Shown here one piece after another: positions 37,289-45,867 of a stretch of 64,000 nucleotides of DNA. Source of the DNA: Chthoniobacterales bacterium (lineage in GTDB: Bacteria; Verrucomicrobiota; Verrucomicrobiia; Chthoniobacterales; Chthoniobacteraceae); NCBI GenBank assembly GCA_038207335.1, contig JBBQZX010000006.1, positions 96,001 through 160,000 of the forward strand. Direction: 5' to 3'. Under the pieces are notes generated by a model, which searched no databases, was not told the origin of the DNA, and saw only the letters and a program-made list of their open reading frames with translations. A program made the translations under genes and the position numbers. Each line of letters begins with the position of its first letter. Position 1 is the first letter of the stretch.

Positions 37289-39741
37289 TTCTTGAAGTTG
37301 GGCGCGAGCACTTTCTCCCGCAACTGCACTGCAGGTGGCTCGTGAAATGCCGGCTGTACTGGTGTGGCGCGGCGGACACCAGTGGGATATACGGTGCTCT
37401 CGAGATCCGCCGGAAGCTGCAGGTATTCCTGCTCGCGCTCGCGGGTTTGCACACTTTCCACCGGTCCCATCGAAACGACGGGCCTGATCAAGATGACGAG
37501 TTCGCTGCGAGTCTTTTGGGTCGTGGTGGTGCGGAAAAGCGCCCCGACCCATGGGATTTTGCTGAGATACGGGACGCCCGTGACGCCTTTCGTGTCGAGC
37601 GCGCGAATCAGTCCGCCAAGCACGAGCGTCGATTCGTTTGGTACGGACACGGTCGATTTCAGAAAGCGATTGGCAATCGTCGGGACGCTGTTGCCGCCGA
37701 TGTTCGTGGAACTGTTTGGCACGACCTCGTCGATTTTTTGCAAAATCTCGAGTGTGACCTCGCGCTCGGAATTGATCAGCGGCACGACCTCGAGTTGCAA
37801 CGCAACCCGTTTAAACTGGATCGAAGCGCTGACCGACGCGTTGTCCTGATTGACCGCGCCATTGTTGAAGGACGAGAGCGTCTGCGTCGGCACGGGGATT
37901 TCCTGACCGGAGGCGATGATCGCCTTTTTATTATTGCTGGTGAAGACGTTCGGCCGTGCGACGACGGTGAAGCGATTGGTGGAAGCGAGGGCGTTCACGA
38001 CGAGAGTGAGCGAGTCCCCAGCCGCGATGAAGCCGCTGAGACCGCCAGTGCCGGCAGTTGCAACTTGTCGGATGAGTTTTTGGCTGAGGAGCGAGTTGAA
38101 GTTGAGCGAAGGTTGGGATCCGTTGAAGGTGACCGTGTTTCCGTTGTCCGTAGTGACGGTGCCGGTCCCCGTTCCTGTTCCTGTCCCCGTCCCGACACCG
38201 CCTGTGATGCTCGAGGGCGCAGCGAAAGTGCCTCCGTTGTGCAGGATGTATTCGACGCCGAACTTATCGTCCTTGCCGAGTTCGAGTTGGCCGATCACCG
38301 CGTGGATCATTACCTGCGGCGCGCGCACATCCAGCCGCTCGAGCAGTTTGAAAATCTTGTTTTTCACCTCTTTGTTGCCGAGCACGATGATCTTGTTCGC
38401 CCGCGTGTCGGCAATGATCCGCGTGTTCCCGACCGTAACTGCGCGCGGCACTGTATCGACTTCGGTGGTCTGAAGTTCCTCCGAAAACCCCGCCGAACCG
38501 CTGCCGCTGCTCCCACCGAAGTTGCTGCCATTCGCGCCGAACGTGTTGTTGTTCGCGCCGCCGCGGTTGGTCGTGTTTTGGCGATTGCCCTGCGCCCCAG
38601 GCGCGCCGGCTGTCGTGGCCTCATCCTTTGCGCCGGGGTCTTGGATCGCCTTGATCACCGGATCGAGCACATCGGCAGCGGTGACAAATTTCAGCGGATA
38701 TTCCGCCGGTTCGCCGAAAGGCACGTCTTTATCGAACTCCTCGATCAGCGATCGCACGAATTTGATGTTCTCCTTCCGCGTGACGACGTGGATGCGGTTC
38801 GTGCGCACATCTGCGGTGAGCTTGATCTTTCCGACAATGAGCGAGTCCTCCGTGAGCGTCGCAGGCCCGTTGATTTCGACGGTGTTCGCGCCAGTTGCCT
38901 CCGCCGTCGCATTCTGCGGAATCGGCAGTCCCTCGGGCGTCGTCGCCGGGCGAACAGGCCGCGCTGCGACTGGCACGGCAGCGGTCGCCGTCGTGCCGGT
39001 TGGCGTTTTCTCGAAAATCTTCTCAAGCTTTTCCAACACGTCCTTCACATCCGCGCGCTCAAGTGGGATGAAAAAGCTATCCACGGTCGCCGGAGGAAGA
39101 TCGATCTCGTTCACGATTTTCATGAGCCCGCGAATGATCGGCGTATTCTCAGTGACGAGCAGCGCCTGCGCCTTTGGCAGCGCCAGGATGGACGAGTAGC
39201 CCGCCTGGCTTGGAGAGATGAAGCCGTTCAGGACCTGCGCGAGTTCGGTGGGGTCGGCAAATTTCAAATGGAACAGGAACGAAATGACCTGCTCCTTTTC
39301 CGGGATGAGATCGGGGTCGGAAATGATCGGAATACCACCGCTTCTAGGATTGAGGCCGATCCCGAAGACTTTGACGATCGACGGGTCCTCGGACGGGACG
39401 AGCGTGTATCCGTTGATGAGGAGCGTCATCTCGATGATTTTCACGGCCTCCTCGCGCGGCAGGTCTTCGTTGAAAACGAGGTAGATAGGCGCGGTTGTCT
39501 GAAGGCTGGAGGGGCGGATGAGTTTTTTCCGCGTGTATTGCTCGTAGGCGTCGAGGACGGCGCTGAGGTCGGCGTTTGGAAACATGAGCCTCACTGTCTC
39601 CGGCAGAGGCGGGAGATTTCCGCCGTTCTTGTTGAGCGGCGGATTTCCTTGCGGCAGGCCGGGAGGCGGCTGCACCGGGTTTTGGGCGGAGGCGAGCCCT
39701 GTGAAGGCGATCAGCCAGAGAGCGAGGGAAGGGCGAAACAC
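37285..39741 (-). CDS. gspD: Type II secretion secretin GspD
   Basis: N-domains (ADVRTN, ADTRAN), QVMIHAVI, GQEIPV, LEVVPLIN, LVLGGLI and GVPYLSKIPWVGALF. Confidence 0.9.
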   Translation of the reverse strand: MFRPSLALWLIAFTGLASAQNPVQPPPGLPQGNPPLNKNGGNLPPLPETVRLMFPNADLSAVLDAYEQYTRKKLIRPSSLQTTAPIYLVFNEDLPREEAVKIIEMTLLINGYTLVPSEDPSIVKVFGIGLNPRSGGIPIISDPDLIPEKEQVISFLFHLKFADPTELAQVLNGFISPSQAGYSSILALPKAQALLVTENTPIIRGLMKIVNEIDLPPATVDSFFIPLERADVKDVLEKLEKIFEKTPTGTTATAAVPVAARPVRPATTPEGLPIPQNATAEATGANTVEINGPATLTEDSLIVGKIKLTADVRTNRIHVVTRKENIKFVRSLIEEFDKDVPFGEPAEYPLKFVTAADVLDPVIKAIQDPGAKDEATTAGAPGAQGNRQNTTNRGGANNNTFGANGSNFGGSSGSGSAGFSEELQTTEVDTVPRAVTVGNTRIIADTRANKIIVLGNKEVKNKIFKLLERLDVRAPQVMIHAVIGQLELGKDDKFGVEYILHNGGTFAAPSSITGGVGTGTGTGTGTGTVTTDNGNTVTFNGSQPSLNFNSLLSQKLIRQVATAGTGGLSGFIAAGDSLTLVVNALASTNRFTVVARPNVFTSNNKKAIIASGQEIPVPTQTLSSFNNGAVNQDNASVSASIQFKRVALQLEVVPLINSEREVTLEILQKIDEVVPNSSTNIGGNSVPTIANRFLKSTVSVPNESTLVLGGLIRALDTKGVTGVPYLSKIPWVGALFRTTTTQKTRSELVILIRPVVSMGPVESVQTREREQEYLQLPADLESTVYPTGVRRATPVQPAFHEPPAVQLREKVLAPNFKK

Positions 39742-39779
39742 GCGCGCTACTTAGACGCGAGAGGGAGGGAGGTCAATGA

Positions 39780-39940
39780 GCGGGGGAAGCGAAAGCGCCG
39801 AACATCGAACGTAGAATGTCCAAATTACAGCCGTGCTGATCCCTCGTCTGCATTCAACGCCGCACCCGCCACCTGACCCCGGATCGCGATCCTGCGGGCG
39901 TCAGCCTCGTTCGATGTTCGACGTTTCCTCCTTCCCCCGC
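39780..39940. repeat. Inverted-repeat element built from CGAAC(A/G)T heptamers
   Basis: GCGGGGGAAG (39780-39789) / CTTCCCCCGC (39931-39940) and CGAACATCGAACG (39799-39811) / CGTTCGATGTTCG (39908-39920). Confidence 0.65.
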
Positions 39941-39977
39941 TTGTCTCTCGCCCTCATCCCGATTACTCCCTCCGCCC

Positions 39978-41210
39978 ATGACATCCTCCCCGCGCAGCAA
40001 ACTGTTCATCATGATGGTCCTCGAGCTCTTCATCTGGGGAGCCTGGCTACCGCTCATCTGGCCTTACATGACGGAGATCGGATTTACCGGAAGTCAGCAG
40101 GCTTGGATCGGGAGTGCTTTCGCCATTTCGTCAGTGCTCGCGATCTTTTTCAGCAACCAATTTGCCGACCGTAATTTCGCCTCCGAACGTTTTTTGGCAT
40201 TCAGCCATCTCATCGGCGGACTCGCGATGCTAGGCCTCTTTTTTACGACGAGTTTCCCTGTTTTTTTTACGTTAATGCTCGTCCACTCGATCTTTTACGT
40301 GCCGACGCTATCGGTCGCGAACTCGCTCGCATTCGCCAATCTGAAAAATCCGCAAAAGGAGTTCGGACCAGTGCGAATGGGCGGGACGATCGGATGGATT
40401 CTCGCGTCGTGGCCGCTCTATTTTCTCCTCCGGGGCGCGGAGGGTGACGCACTCCGGCAGGCTCACAGCTACATTTTCATCGTGGCTGGCGCGGCCTCGC
40501 TGGCGCTCGCGGCGTTCTGCCTCACGCTGCCGCACACCCCTCCAAAACCGGCGGTGGAGGCGAGCAATCGCTTCGCTTGGCTGGAGTCGTTTCGGCTGCT
40601 GGCTTTGCCTTATTTGCTCCTACTTTTCATCGTCACGTTCATCGACGCCACGATCCACAATGGCTACTTCGTGATGGCGGGAAATTTTCTCACCGCGATC
40701 GGGATCAAGCCGGAGAACATCATGCCGATCATGAGCATCGGGCAGGTCGCGGAGATCGCCACGATGGCGGTACTCGGCTGGTTCCTGCAGCGCCTCGGGT
40801 GGAAGTGGACGCTCATCCTCGGCATCCTCGGGCACGCCGCCCGATTCGCGGTTTTCGCGTTCTTCCCGTTCGATCACACGATGATCATCGCCGTGCAAAT
40901 CCTCCACGGCATCTGCTACGCGTTTTTCTTCGCGACGGTGTATATCTTCATCGACGCCGCGTTCCCAAAAGACGTGCGAGCCAGCGCGCAAGGGCTGTTT
41001 AATCTGCTCATTCTCGGCATCGGAGACCTTGCTGCGAAATGGCTCTTTATTCCGCTCCAAGCGCATCTCACGACCGCCGATGGCGTCGTCGATTATCGCA
41101 CGCTGTTCCTGATTCCGACGTGCATGGCGATCGTAGCCGCGCTGCTCATTCTCCTCTGCTTCCGTCCGCCCGTTGAGGTGGAAGTGGCAGCCGAAACGGC
41201 GGCGGTCTGA
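39978..41210 (+). CDS. MFS nucleoside:H+ symporter-like permease (NupG/XapB family)
   Basis: MMVLELFIWGAW, FADRNFASER, VRMGGTIGWI, GQVAEI and LHGICYAFFF motifs. Confidence 0.88.
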   Translation: MTSSPRSKLFIMMVLELFIWGAWLPLIWPYMTEIGFTGSQQAWIGSAFAISSVLAIFFSNQFADRNFASERFLAFSHLIGGLAMLGLFFTTSFPVFFTLMLVHSIFYVPTLSVANSLAFANLKNPQKEFGPVRMGGTIGWILASWPLYFLLRGAEGDALRQAHSYIFIVAGAASLALAAFCLTLPHTPPKPAVEASNRFAWLESFRLLALPYLLLLFIVTFIDATIHNGYFVMAGNFLTAIGIKPENIMPIMSIGQVAEIATMAVLGWFLQRLGWKWTLILGILGHAARFAVFAFFPFDHTMIIAVQILHGICYAFFFATVYIFIDAAFPKDVRASAQGLFNLLILGIGDLAAKWLFIPLQAHLTTADGVVDYRTLFLIPTCMAIVAALLILLCFRPPVEVEVAAETAAV

Positions 41211-41236
41211 GGTCTTGCGAGGAACCAGAGGGCGCC

Positions 41237-42064
41237 CTACCCGGCGAATTGCGCGCGCACTTCTTCCGGGGAAAGTCCGCGCTCGCGCAGCGCGCGTAGG
41301 CTGAGGGAATCGGAGCCTTTCGCGAGGCGCTGGCCGATGGCGTCGAGCATGAGCGGCGCGTGGAAAAATGCGGGTGAAGCGAGGCCGAGCGCGCGGGCGA
41401 TGTGTAGCTGGCGAAACGTCGATGTGATGAGGTCCGCGCCGCGCACGACTTCGGTAATGCCCATCGCCGCGTCGTCGACGACGCACGCGAGTTGGTAGCT
41501 CGGGAGATCATCTTTTCGCCAGACGAGGAAGTCGCCAAAGTCGCGTCCGGCAATCTGAGCGCAGACGCCGACAGCGCCGTCGCGAAAGGTGATCGTCTCG
41601 CCATCGGGCACACGAAAGCGCCAGTTCACGCCCGCCCGCGCCTGCACCCTGCGGCCTCGGCAGGTGCCGGGATAAATCGGCTCGTCGTCGCCCGCGTGCG
41701 GTGCGGTGAGCGCGCGCAAAACGTCCTGCCGCGAGCAGGTGCATGGATAGATCGCGCCGGCTGCGCGCACCGTCTCAAAGGCCGCGCGATACGAATTAAG
41801 CCGCTCACTTTGGGAGTAAGGCGAGTACGGTCCGCCGATGTCCGGGCCTTCGCTCCAGCGCAGCCCGAGCCATCGCAAATCCTCAATCATTGCCGCGGCG
41901 AATTCCGCGCGGCATCGGGAAATGTCGAGGTCGTCGTTGCGCAATATGAGCGCCCCGCCGCTCGTCTCGGCGCGCTGCTGAGCGATCCAAAACGTCCGCG
42001 CGTGGCCGAGATGCAACAGCCCGGTCGGCGAGGGCGCAAGACGCCCGCGATAGGTCGGCTTCAC
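41237..42064 (-). CDS. gluQ: Glutamyl-Q tRNA(Asp) synthetase
   Basis: GRLAPSPTGLLHLGH, CTCSR and YQLACVVDDAAMGITEVVRGADL motifs; only 275 aa, with no anticodon-binding domain. Confidence 0.88.
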   Translation of the reverse strand: MKPTYRGRLAPSPTGLLHLGHARTFWIAQQRAETSGGALILRNDDLDISRCRAEFAAAMIEDLRWLGLRWSEGPDIGGPYSPYSQSERLNSYRAAFETVRAAGAIYPCTCSRQDVLRALTAPHAGDDEPIYPGTCRGRRVQARAGVNWRFRVPDGETITFRDGAVGVCAQIAGRDFGDFLVWRKDDLPSYQLACVVDDAAMGITEVVRGADLITSTFRQLHIARALGLASPAFFHAPLMLDAIGQRLAKGSDSLSLRALRERGLSPEEVRAQFAG

Positions 42065-42077
42065 AGGCCGCCGATTC

Positions 42078-43502
42078 TTACTTCGCCGCGGGCGGTACTG
42101 GCGCGAGTTCGGTGTCGTACACTGTCACTTTCCCGATCTTCTCCAGCTCGGGCTGAATGTCTTTCGCCTCGCCGACCACGGTGATCGCGACGTCGGTCGT
42201 ACTCAGATACTTCTTCGCGAGCTCCTGCTGCGAGGCGGGCGTCACCGCAGCCATGCGGGTCGCGTAGGTTTTGTAAAAATCGGCGGGCAGGCCATAGAGG
42301 TCGATGTCTTGAACTCGCTGCGCGATGCGCCCGGAATTTTCGAGGCTGAGCAGGTAATTGCCGATGTTGTATTGTCGTTGCAATTCCAGCTCGGCCTCGG
42401 GCACGGGCTCGTCGCGCAGCCGCGCCATTTCCTTCAGCGTCTCGGCGATAGCGAGATGCGTCACCTCATTCCGCGTCTCCGCGCTCGCTTGGAAAGAGCC
42501 CGCGAATTTCCGCAAATCGAAGGCCGAATACGCGCCGTAAGTCCACGCGTGTTTCTCGCGCAGATTCTGGAACAGCCGCCCTGAAAACCCGCCACCGAGT
42601 GTTGCGTTCAGCACGTTGAGTTCCGGAGTGCTGCCGTTGTCCCGCGCCGGTCCGGGCTCGGCGATGATGATGTTCGATTGCACCGATCCGGGGCGGTTCA
42701 CGAGATGCACCGTCACACCTTCGATCTTCGGCGCGGTCGGGAAATCCTGTTTCTTGATCTCGCCCGGCTTCCACTCCGCGAGCGCCTTCTCGACTTTCGC
42801 GATGATCTCATCCGTCTTCACGTCGCCGACGATCGCGATGGTCGCGTTATTCGGCAGAAAGTAGTCGCGATGAAACGCCGCGAGGTCGTCGCGAGTGATC
42901 ATCTTCACCGTCTCCGGCGTGCGATACGCTCCGTATGGAAAATCGCCGTAGATCAGCTTGCCAGAAAGCTTCGCGGCCAGTTGCTCCGGCTCCTGCTTCT
43001 GCGCGGCGAGCGCCGACAGCATCTTGCGCTGCTCCTTTTTAAACTGCTCCTCCGGGAACACCGGATGCAGCACCGCATCGCTGAAAAGCTCGATGATCTT
43101 ATCCGTGTAAGTCGTGAGCCCGCCCGCACTCACGGAGAGCGCATCAGAGCTCGCATCCGCTGCGAGTTTCATACCGATGAAATCCGTTTCCGCCGCGAAT
43201 TGCTCCGCCGTGCGAGTAGTCGTCCCGCGGTTCAGCAGGTCCGCCACGAAGTCCGCGAGGCCCGTTTTTTTGCCGTCGAATATCGAGCCGCTCTTGATCA
43301 ACAGGCGCAGCGTCACCGTCGGCTTGCGATCGTCTTCGATGACGAAAACTTTGAGTCCGTTTTTCAGCTCGCGCAGTTTGTAATCCGGGAACGCAGCCGC
43401 AGGAGTCGGGCCGGGCTCCGGCTTTTTCGTGCGGTCGATTTCCGCAAAAAGCGGCGTGGTGCAGAGGGCCAGCGAAGCCGCGAAAAGGAGTGAGTTCTTC
43501 AT
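42078..43502 (-). CDS. M16B peptidase, non-catalytic subunit
   Basis: LKNGLKV and LGGGFSGRLFQNLREKHAWTYG motifs; HxxEH absent. Confidence 0.88.
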   Translation of the reverse strand: MKNSLLFAASLALCTTPLFAEIDRTKKPEPGPTPAAAFPDYKLRELKNGLKVFVIEDDRKPTVTLRLLIKSGSIFDGKKTGLADFVADLLNRGTTTRTAEQFAAETDFIGMKLAADASSDALSVSAGGLTTYTDKIIELFSDAVLHPVFPEEQFKKEQRKMLSALAAQKQEPEQLAAKLSGKLIYGDFPYGAYRTPETVKMITRDDLAAFHRDYFLPNNATIAIVGDVKTDEIIAKVEKALAEWKPGEIKKQDFPTAPKIEGVTVHLVNRPGSVQSNIIIAEPGPARDNGSTPELNVLNATLGGGFSGRLFQNLREKHAWTYGAYSAFDLRKFAGSFQASAETRNEVTHLAIAETLKEMARLRDEPVPEAELELQRQYNIGNYLLSLENSGRIAQRVQDIDLYGLPADFYKTYATRMAAVTPASQQELAKKYLSTTDVAITVVGEAKDIQPELEKIGKVTVYDTELAPVPPAAK

Positions 43503-43514
43503 GTGGGTGGAAAG

Positions 43515-44894
43515 TTACTTCTTCTCTGCGGGTGCAGCCGGGACGGGGTATCGCAGGACGTTGAGATGTTCGCTCGTGAGGTACTTTTTCGCGACGTCCT
43601 GGAGGTCTTCGCGCTTCACTGAGAGGTATCGATTCAGCTCGGTGTTGATCAAATTCGTGTCGCCATAAAAGACGTGGTATCGCGCGAGATTCTGCGCTCG
43701 CGAGTGCATCGCGCCGAAGCCGCTGGCGAACTCAGCCTCCTTCTGATTCAGCGCCTTCGCAAACTCCTCCTCGGTCACGCCGTCCGTCTTCACTTTCTCC
43801 ACCTCCTCATCGATCAGCTTGTCAAGCGCCTCCAGCGTCGTGTCGCGCTGCCCCGTCGCGAAAACCCCGATCATCCCCGCCTTCTCCAGCAGATACGGGA
43901 ATGCCTCGACCTCCAGCGCCGCCTGCTCCTTTTCCACGAGCCGCTTGTAAAGCCGCGAACTGCGGCCGCTCGACAAGATATTCCCCAGCAACTCGAGCGG
44001 ATACGCATCCGGGTCTGTCTCCTTCACCGCGCGCCACGCGTGCAGTGTCGCGGGCAGTGGCGTGTTTTCCTTTACCACATCGAGCGTCTTTAATTCGGTC
44101 TGCGGCGGCAGTTCGACGACCGGGCGCACGACATCGGCGCCCTTTGGAATCGGGCCAAAGTAATCAGCCACGAGCTTCTTGGTCGCCTCCAAGTCGATGT
44201 CGCCGGCAATGGAGAGCGTCGCGTTGTTCGGCAGATAGTTCGTTTTGTAAAAGTCGCGGAACTCCTCGATCGAAGCCTGGTCGATGTATTGAAAAGCGCC
44301 GATCGGCACCCACTCGTAAGGCGTCCCCTTGAAGACCATCGCCGACAGATTTTCGAACAGCGTCCCATACGGCGCATTGTCCACGCCGCGCCTCTTTTCC
44401 TCCTTCACGACCTGCCGTTGCGTCTCCACGCCGACCTTGTCGATCTTCGCGTGCATCATGCGCTCGCTCTCGATCCATAGCGCGAGCTTGAGCTGATTCG
44501 CAGGCAGATTGAAGTAGTAGTCCGTTTGGTCGAAGGACGTGCTCGCGTTGAGATTTCCACCCGCGCCGGAGATGTATTTGTCGATCGTGCCGCGCGGGAT
44601 ATTCTCCGACCCCTCGAACATGAGATGCTCGAAAAAGTGCGCGAATCCCGTGCGATCCGGCCGTTCGTTTTTGCTCCCGACGTGATAGAGCACGTAGGTC
44701 GAAATCACGGGAGAAGCGTGATTTTCGTGCAGGATCACATGCAGCCCATTGGGCAGATCGTATTCGGTGAAAGTGATCGGTTTCAGGACGAGTTCGCGCT
44801 TTGCGGGCGGCTCATCTTTTGCCGCGAGAAAGGAGCACGGGAGAGCGACGAGGCACGCCAGCGAGGCGGCGGTTTTGAGAGACATGGTCGGCAT
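43515..44894 (-). CDS. M16B zinc peptidase, catalytic subunit
   Basis: LPNGL, VGSKNE, TGFAHFFEHLMF (HxxEH) and NASTSFDQTDY motifs. Confidence 0.92.
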   Translation of the reverse strand: MPTMSLKTAASLACLVALPCSFLAAKDEPPAKRELVLKPITFTEYDLPNGLHVILHENHASPVISTYVLYHVGSKNERPDRTGFAHFFEHLMFEGSENIPRGTIDKYISGAGGNLNASTSFDQTDYYFNLPANQLKLALWIESERMMHAKIDKVGVETQRQVVKEEKRRGVDNAPYGTLFENLSAMVFKGTPYEWVPIGAFQYIDQASIEEFRDFYKTNYLPNNATLSIAGDIDLEATKKLVADYFGPIPKGADVVRPVVELPPQTELKTLDVVKENTPLPATLHAWRAVKETDPDAYPLELLGNILSSGRSSRLYKRLVEKEQAALEVEAFPYLLEKAGMIGVFATGQRDTTLEALDKLIDEEVEKVKTDGVTEEEFAKALNQKEAEFASGFGAMHSRAQNLARYHVFYGDTNLINTELNRYLSVKREDLQDVAKKYLTSEHLNVLRYPVPAAPAEKK

Positions 44895-45120
44895 GAGACA
44901 GCACCCCCGCGCAGACGTTCGAGCACATTTGTGGGAAAGTTGGAGCTTGAGCCAAAGTCGAGCGGTCCTCGCTTTCTAAGCGTTGCGCAGACCAAGAGCA
45001 CCGCTGGGCCCGGCATCCCAATCTCGCTCGCTAACGAAATTACCAAGCGGGCAGCCGTATCGGGGCCCATTTGCGATCAATGGGAAACTTGCGCCACCGG
45101 AGTTCCAAACACAAACACCC

Positions 45121-45744
45121 ATGAAAAACCCATTGACCACCACCCTCGCAGTTGCGCTCGCCTTGTCTGCCACGCAATCGCTTCTCGCTCAGACTGCTGT
45201 CACCGCCACGACCTCCACGGGAGGCGGGACGACCGCGACGGAAGTTTCCACCACCACCTCGGCAGGCACCATCTCAGAGATGGGGGCTGACGGACTCGTG
45301 ATTCGCACTTCGACGTCAACCGAGCCCCTCCGCTACAGCGTCAGCAAAACTACGACTTACGTGGATGAAGCTGGATCGCCTGTCTCCATCGATTTGGTCA
45401 AGTCAGGTCTGCCCGTGACCGTTCAGTATGTCCAAGAAGGAAACCGCATGGTTGCCAGTCGCGTCGTCGTGCGGAAGCAGATGACTAGCACCACGACGAC
45501 CGCCAGTCCGACAGTGATCGAGCGCAATACCAATACCACGATCACCAAGCCCCCGGTCGTCGTTGAGAAACCCGTTTACGTTGATCGCGTCGTCGAGAAG
45601 CCGGTCATCGTGGAAAAGAAAGTGGCCGTGCCAGTCGAGAAAAAGGTCTATGTCGATCGCCCTGTCATCGTGGAGAAGGAGAAGCCCGCGCCACTGGTCA
45701 TCGAGAAAAAGACGACCACTACTACGACTACCGACACGAAATAG
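45121..45744 (+). CDS. Secreted hypothetical protein, Thr-rich with VEKPV-type repeats
   Basis: Signal peptide; small beta domain; VVEKPVYVDRVVEKPVIVEKKVAVPVEKKVYVDRPVIVEK; followed by a strong terminator. Confidence 0.8.
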   Translation: MKNPLTTTLAVALALSATQSLLAQTAVTATTSTGGGTTATEVSTTTSAGTISEMGADGLVIRTSTSTEPLRYSVSKTTTYVDEAGSPVSIDLVKSGLPVTVQYVQEGNRMVASRVVVRKQMTSTTTTASPTVIERNTNTTITKPPVVVEKPVYVDRVVEKPVIVEKKVAVPVEKKVYVDRPVIVEKEKPAPLVIEKKTTTTTTTDTK

Positions 45745-45767
45745 ATCGATTTCAGCTTATTTTACTC

Positions 45768-45803
45768 GGGTGGAGATGCTTCGGTGTCTCCACCCCTTTT
45801 TTT
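45768..45803 (+). terminator. Rho-independent terminator
   Basis: GGGTGGAGATGC-TTCG-GTGTCTCCACCC followed by T7. Confidence 0.85.
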
Positions 45804-45867
45804 GAACTGTGCTACCCACTAGGCGCAGCGGGAAGTCGTTCGTGCTCATCGTCGGTGATGACTCAAT

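Noticed and set aside
38150..38200. Short tandem repeat within gspD
   Set aside because: It encodes a Gly-Thr linker with varied codons; not a CRISPR array or phase-variable tract.
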